Part shown: one piece after another, positions 12,534 to 24,781 of the stretch
Numbering within the stretch: position 1 is the first letter of the stretch
Layout of the letters: each line of letters opens with the position of its first letter
Assembly: GCF_006345805.1 (NCBI RefSeq)
Contig: NC_043001.1
Span: 111,662,001-111,726,000, forward strand
Direction of reading: 5' to 3'
Length of the DNA: 64,000 nucleotides
Source: Octopus sinensis
Lineage: Eukaryota
Made by a program: the position numbers and the translations under genes
The notes under the pieces: model-generated
The model's input: only the letters and a program-made list of their open reading frames with translations
What the model was told of the DNA's origin: nothing
The model's database searches: none

Positions 12534-12581
12534 GTTTCCGATGAAGGGATATATTAGATATCCCGGAAACAGCTGTTAGAC
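12534..12581 (+). ncRNA. Variant hammerhead-like motif (U4C, A.G at base of stem II), probably PLE-derived
   Basis: GUUU-CCGAUGA-A-GGGAUAU(AUUAG)AUAUCCC-G-GAA-ACAGCUGU-U-AGAC: stem I GUUU/AGAC, 7-bp stem II, palindromic stem III ACAGCUGU. Confidence 0.5.
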
Positions 12582-13194
12582 ATTCAATCTATAAATGTTC
12601 TAAAATCTACTCAGCCGTGGCTTTTTTTTTTTTATCTCATTACGAAAAAATGTATATCTATATATATATTACGAAGTTATGATGGTATCTCAAAGAATTA
12701 CACGAAACTAATAGACACTGACTTGTAATAAGTACTTACTCAGCTTATGAACTATTTCCGGTCAAGTAACAGGAAAATCCGCATGCCACCTGTCCCGTTT
12801 TATGAAGAGTCTCTCTAGTTTCAGGTAAATCTCTTACACAAGTATAACCAGATCACTCTCGGCAGGATCCCACCATATTCATTTTTGATTACTCGTCTGT
12901 CGCATTCATCATTGAGAGAAAATGTACATAATCAACACGGAGTGTTATTTTCTTTTACAAGAAAACTGAAATGTTGTTCTACGATCATCCACAGGCTGCT
13001 CCGTTGGCTGATGTTAAGTCACAAGTCGTTAATAGCACACTACTGGGAAATAATCAGGCCCCAAAAATCGGGGACATTTCTAGTACTTGTACATCGAGCA
13101 AGGCTTCTATGTGTCAAACTGTATATTTAAATTAGCTCTACGACATGTGTTGAGTGGTCTTTATTTTTCTCACTTCTCTGTATAAATGCTACAC

Positions 13195-13272
13195 ACACAC
13201 ACACATATATATGGATAATATATGTGTAATATATGAGTAATATATATATATATATATATATATACACAATAC

Positions 13273-13305
<33 letters not shown>

Positions 13306-13612
13306 CATATATGTATATATATATGTGTATATATATATGTGTATATATATACGTATATATATATGTGTATTGTATATATATATGTGTATATATACATATA
13401 TATATATATGTATTCTATATGTATACATGTATAGTATATATATATATGTATATATATATATGTGTATTGTATATATATGTGTATATATACATATATATAT
13501 ATGTATTCTATATGTATACATGTATAGTATATATATATATGTATATATACATATATGTATATATAAATATGTATATACAATATTATATATATATATATGT
13601 ATATAGATATAA

Positions 13613-13700
<88 letters not shown>
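13195..13700. repeat. TA-rich compound micro/minisatellite
   Basis: (TA)n with G/C interruptions and an internally duplicated unit. Confidence 0.9.
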
Positions 13701-13706
<6 letters not shown>

Positions 13707-14395
13707 CAGACAAACATAAACACACACACACATACAATACTTATAAACGTAGACTCACACACACACGCAGACACACACATATACGCTAACAGAATGACAG
13801 ATTCGTTGAATGTCAATAACACAGATATCCTGTGCAATATACATGCTCTGCATGTTTTGTTTCATTATCGACATGAATTAAAGATGATTTACGAAATTGG
13901 ATTCTATTACACATTGGGATTAAAGAGTGCTTAGGCAGTTGGAATTACTAGCTTGGTGTTCTGTCGAATTTCATTGTGGTTGAGTAATTAAGTTTCACAA
14001 GAACGTGGTAGTTTCTAACACCGAAACAGAACAGGGACTTACCGCACTCCGGTAAATATTCTCTGATACGATTATAATTACCTTTAAGTGACAACAATTG
14101 CCAAGAGTCACGTACACAAGTATATAGTTGATAGAAGTGATAGAAAGAGAAGCAGAGAGATGAGAGATAGAAAACAAATGACAAATAAAAGCGAAAACTA
14201 GGAAAAGGCGAGAATGCGAAAAGGTGTTGGCCGTATTCTTTGTTTAACTCGCTCACAGGGATATATACATCCATACATACATACATACATATATACATAC
14301 ATACATACACACACACACATATATATATATATACATTTATATATATATACACACATATACACACACTTACATACATATGTATATACATATATATT

Positions 14396-14473
<78 letters not shown>

Positions 14474-14806
14474 ATATATATATTGATATATATATATATA
14501 TATTTTTGATATATATATAATTTCAACAATTGAGGGTAAAATTAATTAATTATTAATCAATTTCACCAAGTATTCAGTATGCAAAGGGACCATTTAAGGC
14601 GAATTCAAATTATTACATTATATAAAAGGGCTTAGTAAAATAAATTACTTTGCCGCATACTGAGCTCATTAGAAATAGTAGCTAAAAAAACTTTTTTAAA
14701 ACTATTTCTAATACTTAAAGAAAACCTCTCTCATATAGTGTTTGCTCAATTCAACTCACGAAAGTATGGGGGTAAAGACATTAAAAAATCAAATGCAAAG
14801 GTTATT

Positions 14807-14858
14807 TGAGAACGTACGTTTCAAGATTAGTCAACTCGACATTTCTATCATCAGCTCA
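14807..14858 (-). ncRNA. Minimal type I hammerhead ribozyme (left-arm copy)
   Basis: Exact mirror of 15432-15483. Confidence 0.7.
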
Positions 14859-15431
14859 GAACTCCTTGGTTTGGATTTGAAAACACTGAAAGTGGGAGCA
14901 TACCCTTTCGGCTTCTTATCGCTTCTGAAGATCTGCTCGAAACTAACAGTGCCAGCAAACTCAAATATGCAAGCGAAGAATTTCTGCTCTCCCCTTTCCA
15001 CCAGCGTGGGTTAAAATCAGCAAACACTATGCTTTTTCGGTAAAATCCGAGGCATTAAATAGAGAGAGATGAATTATAATTTCAACAATTGAGGGTAAAA
15101 TTAATTAATTATTAATCAATTTCACCAAGTATTCAGTATGGTCCCTTTGCATACTGAATACTTGGTGAAATTGATTAATAATTAATTAATTTTACCCTCA
15201 ATTGTTGAAATTATAATTCATCTCTCTCTATTTAATGCCTCGGATTTTACCGAAAAAGCATAGTGTTTGCTGATTTTAACCCACGCTGGTGGAAAGGGGA
15301 GAGCAGAAATTCTTCGCTTGCATATTTGAGTTTGCTGGCACTGTTAGTTTCGAGCAGATCTTCAGAAGCGATAAGAAGCCGAAAGGGTATGCTCCCACTT
15401 TCAGTGTTTTCAAATCCAAACCAAGGAGTTC

Positions 15432-15483
15432 TGAGCTGATGATAGAAATGTCGAGTTGACTAATCTTGAAACGTACGTTCTCA
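15432..15483 (+). ncRNA. Minimal type I hammerhead ribozyme (right-arm copy)
   Basis: UGAG-CUGAUGA-U-AGA(AAU)GUC(GAGUU)GAC(UAA)UCU-U-GAA-ACGUACGU-U-CUCA: stem I UGAG/CUCA, intact CUGAUGA and GAAA, palindromic stem III ACGUACGU, GUU triplet. Confidence 0.7.
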
Positions 15484-15678
15484 AATAACCTTTGCATTTG
15501 ATTTTTTAATGTCTTTACCCCCATACTTTCGTGAGTTGAATTGAGCAAACACTATATGAGAGAGGTTTTCTTTAAGTATTAGAAATAGTTTTAAAAAAGT
15601 TTTTTTAGCTACTATTTCTAATGAGTTCAGTATGCGGCAAAGTAATTTATTTTACTAAGCCCTTTTATATAATATATA

Positions 15679-15728
<50 letters not shown>

Positions 15729-15886
15729 TATATATTATATATATATATATTATATATATATATTATATATATATATATATATAGATGCACGCAGTCACAC
15801 ATATGGTTGTGTGTGTGCAATTATAGATGCATTTACATGCATATATACATACATATAAGTATGTATGTATGTATGTATATATATAT

Positions 15887-16020
15887 GCGCAGGAGTGGCT
15901 GTGTGGTAAGAAGCTTGCTTCCCAATCACATGATTCTAGGTTCAACTTGGGCGAGTGCCACCTTGGGCAAGTGTCTTCTATTGTAGCCTCAGGCTGACCA
16001 AAGCCTCATGAATGAATTTG
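15887..16020 (+). mobile_element. SINE family A 5' half
   Basis: gcgcaggagtggctgtgtggtaagaagcttgc...gccaccttgggcaagtgtctt. Confidence 0.8.
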
Positions 16021-16859
16021 CTCCCCCCCAAAAAAAATTTCAGGCCCTGTGCCTATTGTGGGAAGGATGTATTCGAACACGTGTTTTAGAATTGGTTGTT
16101 ATAGTCAGAGCATTCCACCCGTTCTACTCACCGACCTTCTCTAGGTTTCTCTTGTATCCAACAATCTCCGAATTTGGAGCCGAAATCCTTATAAAAGCTA
16201 AAGAGGCAGATTGGTCTCCCGCTGTTGTTAAAACTAGAGTTATTCGTTTTGGTGGTTATACCACCAACTTTGATGCAACTAGTTTGATATGCTTCAGCAA
16301 GAGTATATATAGACTAAGATAAGAATGTAATGCTCTCAAACCATAATTATTGCGGCTTTTTTGTAAAAAAAATTTATTCAACAAAAACAATAACAACATA
16401 ACAAAAACATCTGTAAATGATTTTTCCGGAGCATATTCACCATCCACGTTAATAAATACTTGCGATCTGCTTGGCAGACGGTCAAACCGTCATTTAAAGA
16501 TGTTTTTATTCAATATTGTTTATTTGAATAAAATTTGTTGGAAAAAAGCCGCAATAATTATGCACCAACCTAATATATCCAAACATATATACATATATTC
16601 ACACACATGTTTATAAGCATATATAAGTTCACACACATACACTCTCTCTCACTGTCTCTGTCTTTCTCTCTCTCTCACACACACACGCACAAATATATAT
16701 GTATATATATATATATATATGTATATGTATGTATGTATATATATACATATATATATATGTTACAATTTAGAACAAACAGTAAGTTGTCATTATTGTACTC
16801 GGAGTTTGTTGTAAATTATAACATAAATAATCCTGTATTTATGTAATATTGAAGTCTCC

Positions 16860-17050
16860 TTTTTTGTTGTCTCAACCCACGTGACCGGTGTTCGGCCAAG
16901 CCTGACCTTTCTTTCTTGGTTCGACTACCATCTGCGCAACATCTATATTCCTCCCTGTGCCTGTCAAATCTTATGTCCCTCCCGTTAGGCATTACTTCCA
17001 CACACGCCAGCTTAATTTAATTTGTCCTTAGTCGAAAGACACCTGTTGTT
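16860..17050 (-). mobile_element. Probable RTE-like LINE 3' end fragment
   Basis: GC-richer segment; degenerate CG..C...GG-type C-terminal motif on the minus strand followed by an A-rich tail. Family call is from recall. Confidence 0.35.
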
Positions 17051-17090
17051 AATGTCCTGTTATTTGTATTTGTGTACCATTTCTCCTTTT

Positions 17091-17284
17091 TACAGGTACA
17101 ACAGAAACAGGAAGAAAGAGAGAAAGTTGTAGTGAAATAGTACAGCAGGGTTCACCACCACCCCTGCTGGATCCTTGTGGAACTTTTTAGGTGTTTTCGC
17201 TCAATAAACACTCACAGCGCCAGGTCTGGAAATCGAAACCGCGATCCTACGACTGCGAGTCCGCTGCCCTAACTAATGGGCCAC
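17091..17284 (-). mobile_element. SINE family C, 3'-truncated
   Basis: Reverse-complement match to 7145-7340. Confidence 0.8.
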
Positions 17285-17588
17285 AGAAATTCAGATAGTG
17301 CTATATGATACTTGATGTCTTATAAATAATGCCTGTCACTTTAGTACAATGCACTGACGATCACGGTCAATGATTAATTTTTATAGCAGGAAGCCCGTAA
17401 GTATCAATTTCTAAATATATACGGACACATCATGTACGAAATAGTTTTTCTATTTCTTGTTATGATAATGTATATAGATTAACACACGCACACACACACA
17501 CACACACATACACACACACACACACGCGCACACACACACAAGGCCCCTACCTACGTACAAACATTCCTATACACACATATACATATTC

Positions 17589-17628
17589 AATCTCCTGAAG
17601 GCAATCAAGCCGAAACTTCGAGGTCATT
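17589..17628 (+). ncRNA. Degenerate hammerhead motif upstream of PLE RT
   Basis: AAU-CUCCUGA-A-GGC(AAUCAA)GCC-GAA-ACUUCGAGGU-C-AUU; core CUGAUGA mutated to CUCCUGA, near-palindromic stem III, GUC triplet. Confidence 0.45.
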
Positions 17629-17953
17629 ATCAAGCTTTGCTCTAAAACAAGAAATTTACTAAGTTTTGAATAATATTTCAGTGTAATGTTGAATTTTTAT
17701 ACATAACTTGAGATAAAATTAAACACGCCTCCCCCACCTCCCAACACCATCACACCACACCACTACACCACTACACCTTACACCACCATACCACACAACA
17801 CATCACATCACAACACACCACCACGCACACATCAACACTGACCACTTCCCAGACCCACATTTTCACACCTACACATACACACACGCACACGTCAAGATCA
17901 CCAGCACTCTTCCATACGCACATGCAAGATCACTAGCCCTCTTCCGAGGACGC

Positions 17954-18805
17954 ATGAAGCACAGATTCATAATCGCAGCGCTGAAATTCATCCTACTGAA
18001 TAACTATTTCATGTTCGATACAGTCCACTATCGACAAGGATGTGGAATTGCGATGGGAACCCGAGCTGCCCCAGCGATCGCGAACCTTGTAATAGGTTAC
18101 CTAGAACTTAAAATATACCAATCATCACTACAAACATATGGCACCTCATTTCATTGCTATTTAAAGGAGAACTGGAAGAGGTATTTAGATGATTGCTTTA
18201 TACTTTGGAAAGATAGCATGGACAAACTCCTCGATTTCAAAATAATACTCAACAATATCAATAACAACATACAATTTACCAAGGAACACACCAATACACA
18301 AATCCCTTTTCTTGACATCTTAATTAAATTAGTCAATAACCACATCGACACAGACATCTTCTATAAACCCACAGATTCAAAACAATACCTATTATTCAAC
18401 CCATGCCACCCCAAGCACATAAAAATTAATATACCTTATAATCTAGCGAAAAGAATCTGTACTATAGTTTCGGACACCAATACTCGTCAACGAAGACTCC
18501 TTGAACTCATATCAATACTAATCAAAAAACATTACCCAATATCATTAATAAATGATGGCATTAAACGAGCTAAGGAAATAGACCTACGAACATTAAGGGA
18601 AGTCAACCGAAATACTAAACCAGACTTTAGAATGCTCTCATACATCTCCACACATAACCCTAGAAACAACGAAGCCTTCAACATTATTATCCAAAATTTA
18701 CCCATTCTCACAGGAGATAAAACAATGAACATTTTAGGCACACACAAAATTATCAAGAGCAAAATGCAACCGAAATCATTGAAAAAAATATTAACCAACG
18801 CAAGA
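17954..18805 (+). mobile_element. Penelope-like element reverse transcriptase fragment (RT C-half plus thumb/linker; no GIY-YIG seen)
   Basis: Uninterrupted frame: YRQGCGIAMGTRAAPAIANL, WKRYLDDCF (YxDD), IQFTKE...IPFLDILI, FYKPTDSKQYLLFNPCHPKHIKINIPYNLAKRICTIVS, which are PLE-type RT motifs. The ORF tail beyond ~18810 is microsatellite read-through. Confidence 0.9.
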
Positions 18806-19153
18806 CAGGTTTGCTTTCGGGCATCTTCAATTATATATATATATATATATATGCGTGTGTGTGTTCGTGTGTGCATGAGTAAGTGTATGTTTGTGTACAC
18901 AATCACACGATCCCTCTTTCTCTCCCTCACGCACACATACAAAAACATATCCACTACTATATATATACACATATTCACATATTGCGTGCGCTTGTTTGCA
19001 ATTGTGTCTTCCGTCTATCATTTTGCCTCGCTGCAATAAATTTTCTTTATGATTCCTGAAGACAGAGGACATATGCATATATATATATACAAATATGCGT
19101 ATGATATATCCATACACACATACACACACACCATGTACACAGTCACATACACA

Positions 19154-19191
<38 letters not shown>

Positions 19192-19849
19192 AAAGCAGTA
19201 TTCATCTCTTTACTAAACAATTCCCGCTCGCGTTTCGATTCAGGCTGGAAGTTATTTTGGCCTCTATTAGCTAATAGTCTTAACAGCCTTTTGTAAATGC
19301 ATGGATAAAGTAAAAATGGCTAGTTCTAACCCCTTGTTAGTCTTTGTGATTTAAATATACATTGATTGGAACTGTAAGGAATTTTCGTGTCGAAATCAAA
19401 CGCTTCTACCCGGCGGGAAGGGAGAAATTGTCTTCACGAATCTTACATTGTTTCTCTCTTACACATGCCAATATAACATTTTATTCTCTCTGCTGTCTAT
19501 TTTTCATTTTGCAAATACACACACATGTATACGTAGAAAAATACTACATATATACATACATAGATACGTACCTACATGAAGACATAACGCACATGTATTT
19601 ACATACACAGACACTCACACACACATGCATACTTATACATGTATGCAGAGAGCACGGGGGCGGGGGGAGACAGGAGAGAGACATGGGACAGGAACAAGAG
19701 CATTGTTTACGCGTGGATAAGGTGAAACATTTTAAAATACGACACGAAGAGAAACATACATATACATACATACACGAGCGCACATACGCACACACATATA
19801 TGTATATTTGTATATATAATATATATATATACACACACATATATATATG

Positions 19850-19909
<60 letters not shown>

Positions 19910-20045
19910 TATGTATAATTATATATACACATTCATAATGGTACATTTATAAATGTATGTATATGTAGAATATATATATATATATATATACATAATATAT
20001 ATATATATGTAATGTATATGTAGAATATATATATATTATATATAT

Positions 20046-20077
<32 letters not shown>

Positions 20078-20305
20078 ACATATATATATATATTTATTCG
20101 CACACCTACTCTCACTTATATATCTAAATCATATATACATACATGAATTGACTTCTCCACACGACTTTAAGACGTGCATGTCAAGCATACGTTTTCTGTC
20201 ATTTTGAAACGTTTAGCGCATGCGCGTCCACAAACCAGTTTAAGTTGGAACGATTCTCTTTGTTAAAAGCAAGCAAGATCCAGTGTGCTTAATTCATTCC
20301 GTTTT

Positions 20306-20862
20306 AACCTTATTTATTTTACTTGTGCTTGCATGATGTTTCGTGATGTTTACTTAGGGATTTTAAATATGCTAAAGGAACAAAAGCCGTTGTAGAATAT
20401 AACTAACACATGCTGCAATTATTGTGCATAGTATGATTCCAGGATATATACAGAAGAGCTTTCGTCTTTGAAATAAAATTTCATAACATTTAATGTAATG
20501 AACAGAAATTCTAAATTTTGAGTTCCAATATCGTTAGAGTTATCTTCTCGTAACATTTATTCAGTTTTAGACTAAATAAATAAGTGAAACTGTATTTATG
20601 CAAAAAAGCCAAACATCTTTATATACATGCATGCACACATGCATATATATGTGTATACACATATATATATGTATACACATATACACAGATGCACACATAC
20701 ACATACATGTATATTAACTTTTAGACGGAAAAGATTAAATGTGACTTCGATGTCACTTGTAGAAGTCAATATGTGCTCTACATTACAAAGTATAAAAAGT
20801 ATTGAATAAACTTTCAAATTATGTTAAATCATTTAAAAATATAATTGACATAAACGCTATCA
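20306..20862 (+). repeat. Local duplication, copy 1 (~550 bp)
   Basis: Highly similar to 26758-27521 in direct orientation. Confidence 0.9.
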
Positions 20863-20865
20863 CTA

Positions 20866-21400
<535 letters not shown>

Positions 21401-21428
21401 AGAATATATACATATATATATATATATA

Positions 21429-21471
<43 letters not shown>

Positions 21472-21589
21472 ATATTTCGGAATGGTCATTTTGCCAGTTT
21501 AGCTAATAAAAACACACGCACTATATATATTTGGTGTTATTTTGCTTCAGTGTTATTTATTTTTTACATTAAACTTAATCTTATTTCAC

Positions 21590-21629
21590 CCAGAGTTCTT
21601 TCGTCACACTCCTGTGACCGCATCAGTGG
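21590..21629 (-). ncRNA. Hammerhead-like variant (A9C), left arm
   Basis: CCA-CUGAUGC-G-GUCACA(GGAG)UGUGAC-GAA-AGAACU-C-UGG. Confidence 0.45.
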
Positions 21630-22290
21630 TCTTTTGTTTTCTTCTTTCTTATTTGTGTCTCTCCTTACTAACCGTCAGTCATTTTGTATTTCTATTCTAT
21701 GTCTTCATTTGCGCATGCTTATATCTCTATGTGCGTCTATGTTTATTTAGTGTGTGTGTGTGTGGGGATGCCTGTAATATTTGTATCTTTTGTTTATATA
21801 CGTTCATGTAATTTGTTTTTGTTTTTGTTGTTTTTGTTTATTCTTATTTTGTTCATGTGTTTACATCCACTTATTATTATCATTACATATGCTTGTATGT
21901 ATGTATAATAACAATACTAGTAATAATAATAATAAATTAAAAAAAAAATATAAATGAACAAATAGAAATAAATAACTATATAAGTTTTTTTTCTTTTTTT
22001 TAATTTATTATTATTATTACTAGTATTGTTGTTATACATACATACAAGCATATGTAATGATAATAATAATGAACAAAATAAGAATAAACAAAAACAACAA
22101 CAACAAAAACAAATTACATGAACGTATATAAACAGAAGATACAAATATTACAGGCATCCCCCACACACACTAAATAAACATAGACGCACATAGAGATATA
22201 AGCATGCGCAAATGAAGACATACAAAATAAATACAAAATGGCTGACGGTTAGTAAGGAGAGACACAAATAAGAGAGAAGAAAACAAAGGA

Positions 22291-22330
22291 TCACTGATGC
22301 GGTCACAGGAGTGTGACGAAAGAACTCTGG
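22291..22330 (+). ncRNA. Hammerhead-like variant (A9C), right arm
   Basis: UCA-CUGAUGC-G-GUCACA(GGAG)UGUGAC-GAA-AGAACU-C-UGG. Confidence 0.45.
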
Positions 22331-22540
22331 CCGAAATAAGATTAAGTTTAATGTAAAAAATAAATAATACTGAAGCAAAATAACACCAAATATATAGTGC
22401 GTGTGTTTCTATTGGCTAAACTGGCAAAATGACCATTTCGAAATATAACAATATCTGTTTCAACACACGACTTCACATAAAAAAAATATTACACAACAAA
22501 TATATAAACGTATATATATACAGATACACATATACATTAT

Positions 22541-22964
22541 AAAGTGATGGTTTGTTGCGAACTTAATGCTAGAGTCCCAGGAAACATCGTTTTCAGTTGG
22601 CTATGTCACACAATCGTTCTATGTCCTTAAGTTTTCAAACAGGGGAGATAAGTACCTCCACCTAGCAAAGCCAGCACGCAGAGACTAGTTTCAGAGTCAT
22701 TGCTCTTCATCAGTCTGGAGTAGCGTGGCTTGCCAGCTGTCGATGTTTATTCACCTTTGAAAACTTATAAAATTTCAAGGGAAATAAATTCACTAATCTA
22801 CAAATTTAGAAGGAGGTGCTAGTCTCCCCTGTTTGAAAACTTAAGGACACAGAATGCTCGTATCACATAGCCAACTGGAAACGATGTTTCCTGGGGCTAA
22901 ATCGCAGTAGCATTCTTCGCTTTCCTGGGACTGCCACATTAAGTTGACAACAAATCACCACTTT
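22541..22964. mobile_element. Inverted repeat (arms 22541-22663 and 22808-22964) enclosing a hammerhead ribozyme
   Basis: e.g. gtccttaagttttcaaacaggggaga vs tctcccctgtttgaaaacttaaggac; the right arm carries an extra ~35-nt segment. Confidence 0.8.
22668..22731 (-). ncRNA. Canonical type I hammerhead ribozyme
   Basis: AAGC-CACG-CUACUC-CAGA-CUGAUGA-AGAG(CAAUGA)CUCU-GAA-ACUAGU-C-UCUG-CGUG-CUG-GCUU: all core nucleotides intact, GUC triplet, palindromic stem III, extended bulged stem I. Confidence 0.9.
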
Positions 22965-23018
22965 GTTAGTGCTGCAACTGTATAAGTCTCTCTGAGAGAT
23001 TTGGAAATGCAATATTTC

Positions 23019-23101
<83 letters not shown>

Positions 23102-24748
23102 TATGTATCAATTCACAATATAATATAAGGATAAAATCACGTTAATGATTTTTATCAGGTAGTCAGCATGCCATAAAAATTCATAGATAATTTATACATT
23201 AAATTAATGATTATATTATCATTAAATACACCGAATCAGCTTGGAGCGCCCCCTAGCTATAGTGTTGGATGCATGGATTTCGGAGTGATTATCCCCTCAA
23301 CCACAGTAAGTAATAATGGTTTCTAAGTTAGGTGCAAGTTTGAAATTTTCAGAGGATCGGGTTAGTAGATACGACTGACTCCAGTTGTTGATTGGCTCCT
23401 TATTGGCTCCGAAGGGATCGAATATTTTATAGGCAAAACGCCAACAATTTTAGGCAAAAGGCCAACAATTCTGAGTGGAAGATTTAGTCAATTACATCGA
23501 GCTTCGTACTTGATTGGTATTTAACGGTTCCCTAAACATTAGAAAAAGACAGGTTGGCTCGGAATTACAGGGCCTTTGATCATAAAACAGTTAGATCTCA
23601 ATTTACAAGGGACACGACAACAACGTCAATGTAGAACATTTACAACATTGTTGCATATAACAGAACCAAGATAACTGGTCACTCTTCATTGATTTTGAGC
23701 ACCGGTCTGTTCGATCCGGGCCGATTTGGAACGAAACAAAAACTTCGACGACGACAGCAACAACAAAACAATAACAAATATGAGAACAATAGCTCCAAAA
23801 CAGTATTTACAAATAACAACAATAAGGAAACAAATAGATTAGACCCCCAAACTTTATTTTGCTACAAATCAAATTAGAGCCATCCATGCTTGTTGTCTTT
23901 TTCCTTTGTTAGTTCGGAATATAGTCGAGTGTATAATTAAACGATCATGATCAATTTCATTCATTGATTGACATAACAATTGAAATCCGTCATAACATAT
24001 GTTGGCTTTCGCGTAAAAATATGTTTGTATATAAGCGTGACTGCGTAGAGTGAGTGAGAGAAGGAGAGAGGAAGACAGAGGGAGAGAAGAGAAGAGAGAA
24101 AGAGAGAGAAAGAGAAGGGAAAGATACATGATTTATTTAAAATGTCAGTTTTGTTCATTGTTTATCTCCCCCTCGTCATAAACCCCTTTTTCCCCAATAC
24201 GGTATTGTACCCAATCAATAAAATATTGCTTTGTTTTCTCAAATGTTTTGTGTTGTATTGTTAAATGTATTGTGTTTGTTGATTTTTATTGTCGCTGTTG
24301 TTCTGTATTATCAAATTTGTTTCTCTCCAGATTGGTTCAAAGTTGAGTTGGTGCACGTTTAAAAGTAACTCATAATTGTTCGATTGAGATATGGGAATTA
24401 TATCATAGTTTTATGTTTATGTTTACGATTCCTATCAGAAAATATATTATTAAATTATAATATCTGAATACGTCACTCACTCGTCATTAAGTTTTAAAAG
24501 AAAACAACACTGAAAACTTTGCTAATAATATGTATTACATTATTTACTCGCCCATCTCTCCTGATGTGCCGCCTGGTGGCAGAAACGCCGATATGTAAAG
24601 CAATTTGTTGTACTGCATTTAGTGAAGTCTGTTTACGCTCTGAGTTCAAATCCCGGGTCGTAATGGAGCATCGGTGTTATATACAGTGTCTGTAGAAGAA
24701 AAAGTAACCGAATGGTGGGATCATTTCAAATGCCGAAGCAATTAGCAT

Positions 24749-24781
<33 letters not shown>

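Larger units (their letters stand above)
14516..15673. mobile_element. PLE-like non-autonomous element forming a near-perfect 524-bp-arm palindrome plus a short direct repeat
   Basis: Arms 14617-15140 and 15150-15673 around a 9-nt spacer gtccctttg; identical ORFs 14742-15014(+) and 15276-15548(-); 14516-14580 is repeated directly at ~15075-15140. Confidence 0.85.
21464..22454. mobile_element. Long imperfect inverted repeat (~470-485-bp arms, ~40-nt spacer), PLE-like
   Basis: Mirror ORFs 21542-21811(+) and 22148-22378(-) are near-identical; arms traced from atattgttatatttcgg to aaatataacaatat. Confidence 0.85.

Noticed and set aside
14921-14960. CUGAAGA-UCUGCUC-GAAAC motif (and its mirror near 15330-15369)
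   Set aside because: No stem II, and G at the cleavage position.
14742-15548. Identical 90-aa ORFs on opposite strands as a duplicated gene
   Set aside because: A consequence of the palindrome; TTG start, no recognisable domain, and overlaps the antisense HHR.
16008-16322. 104-aa ORF with a faint cadherin-like phrase (ISEFGAEILIKAKEAD)
   Set aside because: Lacks the cadherin Ca-binding motifs (DxNDN, LDRE) and begins in SINE-derived sequence.
20216-20225. GCGCATGCGC (NRF1/Ewg-type motif) as a promoter
   Set aside because: Single short motif with no CpG-rich context or identifiable first exon.
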